A model generated the notes under the pieces. It had not been told where the DNA came from. It saw only the letters and a list, made by a program, of their open reading frames with translations, and made no database searches. A stretch of 23,122 bases of DNA from Promethearchaeota archaeon (GTDB lineage: Archaea > Asgardarchaeota > Lokiarchaeia > Sigyniarchaeales > SOKP01): positions 1-23,122 of the forward strand of contig JAFGGO010000151.1 of assembly GCA_016930515.1 (NCBI GenBank), in the 5' to 3' direction. Below are positions 1 through 7,582 of this stretch, piece by piece. Numbering within the stretch: position 1 is the stretch's first letter; every line of letters starts with the position of its first letter. The position numbers were made by a program, and so were the translations under genes.

Positions 1-109
1 AAAAAAAAAAAAAAAGCAAAATTTCAGTCCTTATGAATTTAAATTGAATTATTGTAATATATAAAATAATAATCTATTATTATTGATTTTAAGGGTGGAA
101 TCGTATCAA

Positions 110-736
110 ATGACTGCAGTTTGTTCGCAATGTGGATTTCAAAATGAGATTGATGCTAAATATTGTGGAAATTGTGGGAGTTCCTTATCGGAAATTTTAT
201 TGGATATAAGAGAAACATTAATTAAAGCGATCGTAACATCAATTGGGTGCCTCACTTTCTTTATTGTCCTAATGATTGTTGTTAATGTGGCTATTTTCGC
301 GGAAGTGGATATTTTTAAAGGATTAATAATAACATTAATTATTTGGTCCTTGACATCCCTCCTAATTTTATGGATTGTTTTATATTTGAGGGGTGGTACC
401 AAAGAAAGAAGATTTGTGATTTCAGATGAAGAAATTGTAATGCAAATCCCCAATCGGTCAAATTTTCGAATTTCTTGGTCTGCTTTTAATGCCATTGAAA
501 TTTTTCGAAGGACCACATGGAACGCTGTGAGCGATACGCAAACTAGATATTACGAGTTTAATTTCAAGGGAAATAGTTTCCCAGAATCATTTGTAATTGA
601 ATCGGGGAGAGATTTTTCGAGAAAAGCAATAAAAAAAATAAAATTCAAAATGGCGGAATTAGCTGATAAAAAAGGTTTTGATTACAATTACTTTAAAAAA
701 CCACCTAAAAACTATAAAATTATTCCCGTTCCTTAA
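110..736 (+). CDS. Zinc-ribbon membrane protein (CxxC-x10-CxxC, 2 TM helices, soluble C-terminal domain, possibly PH-like)
   Basis: ORF 83..736. The ATG at 110 is preceded by the SD-like AGGGTGG (92-98). N-terminal CSQCG...YCGNCG, two hydrophobic segments, then a beta-rich domain (FVISDEEIVMQ...FRISWS). Confidence 0.75.
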   Translation: MTAVCSQCGFQNEIDAKYCGNCGSSLSEILLDIRETLIKAIVTSIGCLTFFIVLMIVVNVAIFAEVDIFKGLIITLIIWSLTSLLILWIVLYLRGGTKERRFVISDEEIVMQIPNRSNFRISWSAFNAIEIFRRTTWNAVSDTQTRYYEFNFKGNSFPESFVIESGRDFSRKAIKKIKFKMAELADKKGFDYNYFKKPPKNYKIIPVP

Positions 737-978
737 AATTTTAAGAAAAAATCTCCTCCAAATCTAAGGAAGATCTATTTAAATATGAGTATTTCTTGAA
801 TTTGAAACAAATTTCAATTATAGAAGGCAACAGAAAACTCAACCATTCCCTTTTTTACCAATTGCATTTATATTCTGATTTTTCTTTAATGTCTATGACT
901 CATTTAATCCAAAAATGAGATAAAAATCTAATGAAAAATTGAAGAAAAATAATTATATCTAAAATTAGTTGAATAAAA

Positions 979-2934
979 TTGAATAAAAACAATAAACTGA
1001 AATGCAGCTTATTAATTGTGGCAATCGTAATGTCCATAATTTTAACAGTTAACTCGAACGCCTCAAGTAATGCAAGAGCTATTGATGAACCTAATATTAG
1101 TGCTGTAGGTGAGACTAGGAATGTTTATACGGTCTATTGTTGGAATGCAAATATCGTCTCTGGAGGTACCTCCTCCTTAAGACCTAACGATGGTGAGCAG
1201 CTTCGCGTGGATGGACCTGCTTATTATGAACCTGGTGACAATTATCTATGCGCCATTGACAACAACAATCCTGTAACCAAAACTGCTTCTGGCGCTAACC
1301 ACCAAGGAACATCAACCGATTGGTCAATGAAAAAAGGAGATGGAAAATTTTGTTATATAACGGCCGAATATTGGTCAGCGTCTCAATCGTGGGTGGCAAT
1401 GGAATTTGATTATACCGCCCTCTCCACCTCGCATGCTATGCCTGAAAACATTGAAATCGATTTATATGTGGATAATGTAGTCTATTCGTTCATTCCCTCA
1501 TTTTATGTAGATATAAAAAATTATCATACAAACTCTTGGGAGAAATTATATGGTTCAAATACGGCTTCGATCGAAGGTCAAGACTTACATTTCGATAAAT
1601 CCGACCTAAACGATGCAATTCTTGCTCATTACATCAATTACAATACAGATAGAGTTACGGTAAGAGTGCGGGGTTACGCTGGGTTTATATGGGTTTTTTG
1701 GCCGTTTTCAGCTTTTACACAATGTGGTATATCTGTCGATCTTTTGCATGTGAAAGTATCGTATGAGTCAAAATCTCGCCTTTATTTTCCCTTCGATCCT
1801 GCTTTGAGAGGGGAAGATTACAAAATCAACTTTCAAGGGCAAGTAACAGGTGGAAGCGCTGATCTACAGGTAAATGGCGAGTCTTTTCAAATGATTTCGA
1901 CCGAAGTAACAACGATTGGTGGTGAATGCGAACAACGTATTCAAGATGTGACCGCTATCGAAATAGTTGGTAGATTTGATAGTCTTATTATCGATCACTT
2001 ATACTTGGAAGAATGCGAGCAAATAACTGACACAACTCCTCCAAATGTTTATATAATAAATCCGATTGATTATGGTCCTATCTTGGATCCCTATAATCCC
2101 GTTCCCGTTATCAATGTAGAGGGTGTTTATAACATAAGCGTCTATGCGAGTGATAATGTAGGAGTGACGAAGATCGATTACTTCGTTGACGGAGAATGCA
2201 TTAGACAAGATCGAGAAGCACCTTTCACATGTCAATGGGACACGACGCAATATCAGGATGGGCTACATTTAGTAAATGTGGTTGCTTATGATTCTTCAGG
2301 AAACATCGCAACATCCTTAGATACCAAATTCACCGTGGATAATATAGCTGAAAAGATCGCCGTATATTATTGGGCATCTAATTTGTTTGAAATTATATCT
2401 GCTGAGGCTCTACGGAATACAATCAATATTTATAATGAAGTCCTCTGGTATGAAGGGTACCATAAATCCTACTATTTTGAGGATTCTTTAGATTTCGATG
2501 CAGATTTTCAAAAAGTCGCAGATAACGAAGGTGAAAAAGATAGAATTTTTTTCTACCTATTGGGACACGGGAATTATGATGGTGCCGACTCAGAAACCTG
2601 GTTTAATTCAAATCTACAACCTATAGAATCTAGCAATTTCCGTGAGCTCGTGGAAAATTTGGATACTAACGAAGTCGGAATTCTCGTTGATTCTTGTCAT
2701 TCTGGAGGATGGGTTGATGATTTTTGGGGTACTGATTATCTCGTCATTTCTAGTACAAATAGGGATTTTGGTGCCGTTTTTAATCCCATTAATGCTCAAG
2801 GAGAATTTTCCTTTGATTTCTTTTCCGGAATTTCTTGGTATGGTCACGATGCCGTTACTGCCTATGAATATGCTAAATCAGGCTCGATTACATTTCCGTG
2901 TATTAATGTGGGTTCGTATACATTTTTTGCGTAA
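979..2934 (+). CDS. Secreted multidomain protein with a bacterial Ig-like (Big) domain and a C-terminal clan CD (caspase/legumain-like) peptidase domain
   Basis: Signal peptide-like N-terminus (KNNKLK + hydrophobic + SNA). Ig-like repeat DTTPPNV...ASDNVGVTKIDYFVDG...WDTT..DGLH...AYDSSGN. Catalytic-type motifs FFYLLGHG (His530) and ILVDSCHSGG (Cys573). Confidence 0.75.
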   Translation: MNKNNKLKCSLLIVAIVMSIILTVNSNASSNARAIDEPNISAVGETRNVYTVYCWNANIVSGGTSSLRPNDGEQLRVDGPAYYEPGDNYLCAIDNNNPVTKTASGANHQGTSTDWSMKKGDGKFCYITAEYWSASQSWVAMEFDYTALSTSHAMPENIEIDLYVDNVVYSFIPSFYVDIKNYHTNSWEKLYGSNTASIEGQDLHFDKSDLNDAILAHYINYNTDRVTVRVRGYAGFIWVFWPFSAFTQCGISVDLLHVKVSYESKSRLYFPFDPALRGEDYKINFQGQVTGGSADLQVNGESFQMISTEVTTIGGECEQRIQDVTAIEIVGRFDSLIIDHLYLEECEQITDTTPPNVYIINPIDYGPILDPYNPVPVINVEGVYNISVYASDNVGVTKIDYFVDGECIRQDREAPFTCQWDTTQYQDGLHLVNVVAYDSSGNIATSLDTKFTVDNIAEKIAVYYWASNLFEIISAEALRNTINIYNEVLWYEGYHKSYYFEDSLDFDADFQKVADNEGEKDRIFFYLLGHGNYDGADSETWFNSNLQPIESSNFRELVENLDTNEVGILVDSCHSGGWVDDFWGTDYLVISSTNRDFGAVFNPINAQGEFSFDFFSGISWYGHDAVTAYEYAKSGSITFPCINVGSYTFFA

Positions 2935-2968
2935 AAGACTTACTAAATTATAAAAATTATCTAAATCA

Positions 2969-2978
2969 CTTTTTTTTA
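2969..2978 (+). terminator. Putative archaeal oligo-T terminator
   Basis: T-run about 35 nt after the stop codon of 979..2934. Confidence 0.4.
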
Positions 2979-3135
2979 ACCTTGCTTATTTTACCAGACT
3001 TAATTCAAAATCAAATTCCCATACTCGTGTACTAAAATTTGAAGGGTATATCTGATTAAATACGAATTTTAATGTTAAATCAATACCTTATTATCCGTTT
3101 GATAATAAATCATCGTATTTAAATGTCGTCTCGGC

Positions 3136-3193
3136 GATGCCTTAATGATTTTCGTTCAAAAACGATTGAAGAATGAAACGATTGAGTGCAATC
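3136..3193 (+). other. Stem-loop with a tandem G.A core (SECIS/K-turn-like)
   Basis: CTTA(3141-44)/TGAG(3183-86) lower stem, ATGAT(3145-49)/CGAT(3179-82) core, TTTCGTTC(3150-57)/GAATGAAA(3171-78) upper stem, and a loop beginning AAAAA. Confidence 0.35.
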
Positions 3194-3236
3194 AAAAATC
3201 ATGTTCCCTTTCGTGAACTCAAGCCAGGTAAAAGGT

Positions 3237-3350
3237 GACTCCTGTCAACAAGACCAAAGCTAGGTCAAAACAAAATAGGATAAGGAGGGCGAAATCAGAG
3301 TGTATTTCTACACTAACCAAAAGACAAAAATCCAGGGCGTGACAGGAGTC
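3237..3350. repeat. Perfect 11-bp inverted repeat bounding 114 bp (MITE-like element or RNA stem)
   Basis: GACTCCTGTCA (3237-3247) and TGACAGGAGTC (3340-3350), with the internal hairpin AGTGTA-TTTC-TACACT (3299-3314). Confidence 0.6.
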
Positions 3351-3830
3351 TTGGTTTGTATGGTATATCTCGTCCTATTTTATTTTTAATTGTTTGTGTT
3401 TTTGTTAATATATTAATTTTGTGTAATTTGGTATGGTATAAGAAATTTTTTATCTTTTCTCAATATACAATTAAAGCGCGTGTATATAAATTTTCATCTT
3501 ATACAATATAATTATGCTTTTATAGTATTTAAAAGTTGTCGATTGAGAAGGGGTAGTGGTTCGAAACGACGGAGAATCGCGCGAAAGGGCGCGGGGCCGA
3601 TCGCGATTGTTATCAAAAAATGCAAAAAAATAATGATAATTTTTAACTTTATATAATATAAGTGAACGAGAGTGAGAATTTGCAACTATTACTATTAATA
3701 AAAAAGCGTTTACAAAATTCACTGGTATAATAAAAATTTAACAAAAAGAAGTAATATCTCCAAGATTAAAAATAAAACAAGTGAAGGAAAATTGTTCCTA
3801 TTAAATTTGTGAGCGTGAAAGGTGATATTA

Positions 3831-5381
3831 TCATTCAAAAATTCCAACGCCCTTATCGACCAATCGCTTTAATATGTTCGCGCTTTCTGATCGGTTTTTA
3901 GGGCTCAAGGGGTTCCCTCGCACGAGAAACATCTTCAAGGAAGTGAGAGATTCAACGAATCTCGGAAATGAATTCAAGCGATTGTGTCGCAAGTCAAGTA
4001 GTTGGAGTGCCATCATGTTCTCGATCGATTGGGGGATTTCTTCAATCTCGTTATAATAAGCTTCAAGCATGTAAAGCGAAGCGAGTTTTGAAATGGATCT
4101 TGGGAGCATCTTCAATTCGTTGTTATGCAAGTCGAGTCTTTGAAGCGTGGTGAGGTCTCCTATTGATTCTGGAATAGTACTCAAGTGGTTGCTTCCGAGA
4201 TATAACGCTTGGATCGAAGCAAGACCGCCAATTGATTTGGGGAGGGATTTTAATCGGTTGTTCTCCAGATTGAAAACCTTTAAATTGGTCAGTGTATCGA
4301 TTGAATCCGGCAATTCCTCAATTTGATTTCCGCTCAAGTCCAAGTATTCGAGCGATGCCAAGTCGCCGATCGAATCGGGAAGCTCCTCAATCCTGTTGTT
4401 GCTTAGATCGAGCAAGGTGAGCGAGCCAAGCCTGCCAATGGATTCGGGCAGGGTGCGTATCATGTGGTTGTTGCTTAAATCCAGTCGTTGGAGGTTCACG
4501 AGATTCCCAATGGTGTCAGGCAGAATTCTCAGGTCGTTGTTACTGACGTCTAAAGTTCTGAGTTCTCGAAAGTTTTCGATGGACTCGGGGAGGTTACTTA
4601 ACTGATTCAAGGATAAATTCAATGCTTGAAGGCTTGTAATGCTGCAGAAGGTCTCCGGGAGAGAAAGGAGATAATTATTGTTTAAATTCAAGGTTCGAAG
4701 CATTTTTAGGTTTTTCAACGGCTCTATTTTTGCACTCTCGCGAATGTTCTTGTTCTTCAAGTCTAGTGTTACGACCTTCGAATTCTCGAGCTCGATTGGT
4801 GTAATTCCTAATTTTTTAGTCAATACATCTATCGTCTTGAAATTGATCAAAATTTGGGCAATCTCTTTTAAATCTAGATCGCCGATATCCTTTCCCTCTA
4901 GGGCCTTTTCAAAAGAGTCTTGAAAAACGCCAATGGATTCGTGCTGTCGTCTCGATTGCGACCTTGTATATATTACTTCCAATAATCGTTTTTCGAGCAT
5001 TATTCGAGCTTCCTTGGTGTTTATATCGGAAAGCAGTTCGATGATTTCAATCGCGCACTCGAAATCTGGTTCGTGTCTCAACGCCCATTTTATTGGTTTC
5101 ATGGCTTGAATTGGAAAATTATTCATCAGGATTCTAGCAGCGATCTTTCTCACTGTTCTATCTTCGTCAGATAACAATAAAATTTCTAATGCAATAAATT
5201 CGTCTACCTCTCCCCTTAATCCGATGCGTCCCAAGATTTCCAAGCTTTCTATTCTTGTTTCGCGTCGCTTGGATTCCGTAGTAAGCGTTAATAACGAGCC
5301 AACGGTCGTGGATTTGTCCAGTTCGCCTCGTTGGTACGACTCAAAGATAACTTGCGGAGAAGAATTCATCTTAGGTTTCAA
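3831..5381 (-). CDS. HEAT-repeat plus leucine-rich repeat protein (~13 LRRs)
   Basis: N-terminal HEAT-like helices (RIESLEILGRIG...LLSDEDRTVRKIAARIL), then ~23-aa repeats of LxLxxNxLxxLPxSIGxLxxL. The start may be the ATG at 5369. Confidence 0.92.
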   Translation of the reverse strand: MKPKMNSSPQVIFESYQRGELDKSTTVGSLLTLTTESKRRETRIESLEILGRIGLRGEVDEFIALEILLLSDEDRTVRKIAARILMNNFPIQAMKPIKWALRHEPDFECAIEIIELLSDINTKEARIMLEKRLLEVIYTRSQSRRQHESIGVFQDSFEKALEGKDIGDLDLKEIAQILINFKTIDVLTKKLGITPIELENSKVVTLDLKNKNIRESAKIEPLKNLKMLRTLNLNNNYLLSLPETFCSITSLQALNLSLNQLSNLPESIENFRELRTLDVSNNDLRILPDTIGNLVNLQRLDLSNNHMIRTLPESIGRLGSLTLLDLSNNRIEELPDSIGDLASLEYLDLSGNQIEELPDSIDTLTNLKVFNLENNRLKSLPKSIGGLASIQALYLGSNHLSTIPESIGDLTTLQRLDLHNNELKMLPRSISKLASLYMLEAYYNEIEEIPQSIENMMALQLLDLRHNRLNSFPRFVESLTSLKMFLVRGNPLSPKNRSESANILKRLVDKGVGIFE

Positions 5382-5759
5382 GTATGATTTAATATATTCG
5401 TAAATATCAGCAAGTATTTGTAATTATAGTTATGAAATTATAAGCGAATGAATAGTGTATCTTGCATTAGATGGTTTACGTGATTAATCTTCCTAATACA
5501 ACCGTACTTTGAATGGCCTCATCTCTAGCTTATTAAAAAACGCAAAGATTTTTAATAAACAACGAAAATCGGCAAAAAGTAACCTCCAAACGCGGGCTTC
5601 CTAAGTGACTCTCGCTAAAAAATTACCTATAATGTATAAGATTTAAATTTAGTAAACAACTATTTTATTAAACAATTATTTAAATAAAATTATCTACAAA
5701 TTTTATTTAAGTAAAATATATTCTAACGAAAAACTAATTATTTTCAAGTGTAATCTTTT

Positions 5760-7457
5760 ATGGCAGATGAAGAAGTAATACGCACGACGCAAAGTTTGTG
5801 TCCTGAATGCTTGAAACAAATTCCTGCGGAGTTTTATGTGGATCCGGTGACTAACTGGGTTATGATGCGTAAACACTGTAAGGAACACGGCGAATTTAAG
5901 GACAAGATATCCATTGACCCTGATGAATATAAGTGGCAAAAAAATTTTACGAACGATATTGGATCGACGGTAAATATTACCACGCAACCTATTACCACGA
6001 CTTCCGGAATAAAACGCACTGAAAAAGGGTGCCCCTACGATTGTGGCATTTGCGAAAAGCACAAGAGTGCACCCTGCATTTGCTTGATAGATGTGACGAA
6101 CAGGTGCAACCTGACGTGTCCCATCTGTTTTGCCAACGCAAGTGCCAAGGGTTATGTTGTTCAACCCACGTTCGATCAGATCGTCCAAATCATGAAACAC
6201 TTTCGATCCATGAAGCCCACGCCCGCCGTCATGCTCCAATTTGCTGGGGGAGAACCAACCATGCGCGATGACCTTCCCGACATCATCCGAAAAGGCAAGG
6301 AATTGGGATTTATTGAGACCATGCTTTCCACGAACGGTGTCAGGATGGGCAAGAGCGTGGATTATTGCAGGGAACTCAAGGAAGCGGGATTAGACGCTGT
6401 TTACCTTCAGTTCGACGCAACAGACGCTCCCGAAGTCTGGAAGAAAGTGCGGGGCGTAAACCTCTGGCCGTTAAAAAAGAAAGTCATCGAAAATTGCCGC
6501 AAGGTAGGACTTCATGGCGTCATTTTAGTGCCAACCGTTGCCAAGGGCGTGAACGACAACCAGGTTGGTCCCATTTTAGATTTTGCGAAGGCCAACACCG
6601 ATGTGATAGTAGCCGTCGTCTTCCAGCCAGTAAGCCTTTGCGGTCGTATCAACTACGAAGAACTCATGGATCTTCGCTACACGACTTCGGATTTAAAAGT
6701 TGCGATTAACGAACACACGAATAACGCAGTAGGTCGTTTCTATCCCATTGCCACGACAGCCAAATTCACGCAACTACTTGCTTGGTTCGACGATGTGCCG
6801 GCGTGGTCGATGTTGAGTCATCACGATTGTGGCTTTGCCACGATCTGCGTTGTTGACGAGAACGACGAGTGGGTGCCCATCGAGAACTATTTTGACGCCG
6901 ACGGTTTGATCAAGTGGGCAAACAAGGTATATGACATGGTCATTAACAAGGAGACTCCTAAACCAACCAAGATGTTGAACTTGGACTTATCCAAGTACGG
7001 TAACGTGCTCGGTACGATTGGAAAGTTTGTTGACGACATGACCAACTTGGGCTATCGTCAGATGATGAAAGTATATTTCTTGGCCGGACTTATGAGATAC
7101 ATCAAGAATCCCGCAAAGATCATCCAGAGCAAGACCTTCCAATCGTTCGCAAAACTCATATTTGCGCCCAACTTGGAAACGGCGGGCAATTTCTTGCAAA
7201 CCAAGAATATCATGGTAGGGGCAATGCACTTCCAAGACGCGTACAATTTTGACTTGGAAAGGATCAAGAGCTGTCTGGTTCATTACGGCGTGATCGATCC
7301 CGACGATCCGAGCAAGGTTCTCGAAATTCCGTTCTGCGCCATGAACACCGTTCACCGAGAAACCATCGAGCGCAAGTTGGCGCTGGCTGGCGTCGAGGCG
7401 AAAAAGCCAGAAGTCATCCAGAACGAAATTGAATCTCTTTTAAACAACCTGGAATAA
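5760..7457 (+). CDS. tes: Radical SAM tetraether lipid synthase (Tes / GDGT-MAS, MJ0619 family)
   Basis: N-terminal SLCPEC...CKEHG, GCPYDCGICEKH auxiliary motif, radical SAM CNLTCPIC (CxxxCxxC), QFAGGEPT, YLQFD, HHDCG, C-terminal MHFQDAYNFD...C.VHY...IPFC..N. The motif order matches the MJ0619 family as recalled. Confidence 0.88.
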   Translation: MADEEVIRTTQSLCPECLKQIPAEFYVDPVTNWVMMRKHCKEHGEFKDKISIDPDEYKWQKNFTNDIGSTVNITTQPITTTSGIKRTEKGCPYDCGICEKHKSAPCICLIDVTNRCNLTCPICFANASAKGYVVQPTFDQIVQIMKHFRSMKPTPAVMLQFAGGEPTMRDDLPDIIRKGKELGFIETMLSTNGVRMGKSVDYCRELKEAGLDAVYLQFDATDAPEVWKKVRGVNLWPLKKKVIENCRKVGLHGVILVPTVAKGVNDNQVGPILDFAKANTDVIVAVVFQPVSLCGRINYEELMDLRYTTSDLKVAINEHTNNAVGRFYPIATTAKFTQLLAWFDDVPAWSMLSHHDCGFATICVVDENDEWVPIENYFDADGLIKWANKVYDMVINKETPKPTKMLNLDLSKYGNVLGTIGKFVDDMTNLGYRQMMKVYFLAGLMRYIKNPAKIIQSKTFQSFAKLIFAPNLETAGNFLQTKNIMVGAMHFQDAYNFDLERIKSCLVHYGVIDPDDPSKVLEIPFCAMNTVHRETIERKLALAGVEAKKPEVIQNEIESLLNNLE

Positions 7458-7582
7458 TTTATAATTTCCCTTTTTATTTTACTTTTTTACTATTCTTGAT
7501 TTAGAATATAGCGAATTCTTTGCAAATTCTTTAATTTTAACCTATAAAAAAGTTAAGCAAGTAATCAGATTGCGCTGGTTTT

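Noticed and set aside
1-15. Poly-A run at the window start
   Set aside because: No context. It could be a minus-strand T-terminator or an assembly edge and cannot be interpreted.
931-978. In-frame ATG upstream of the protease with two TGA codons (possible Sec readthrough)
   Set aside because: AT-rich, non-protein-like extension in front of a signal peptide, with no redox motif. Chance is more likely.
3299-3314. ATTTCTAC hairpin resembling a Cas12a repeat
   Set aside because: Single copy, with no repeat-spacer array and no cas genes.
3541-3610. tRNA or tRNA-Sec suggested by GGTTCGAA
   Set aside because: The motif sits in the 5' half, and no acceptor stem, anticodon arm or cloverleaf can be built.
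3471-3722. 83-aa minus-strand ORF
   Set aside because: Low-complexity AT-rich translation crossing the GC island, with no recognisable motif.
3860-4770. Approximately 69-bp periodic nucleotide repeats
   Set aside because: Explained by LRR coding repeats. They are not CRISPR or a DGR template/variable pair, and there is no reverse transcriptase.
5703-7355. Antisense and alternate-frame ORFs over tes (e.g. 5703..6239, 6365..6709, 6987..7355)
   Set aside because: Shadow ORFs of a strongly supported gene with GC-richer codon usage.
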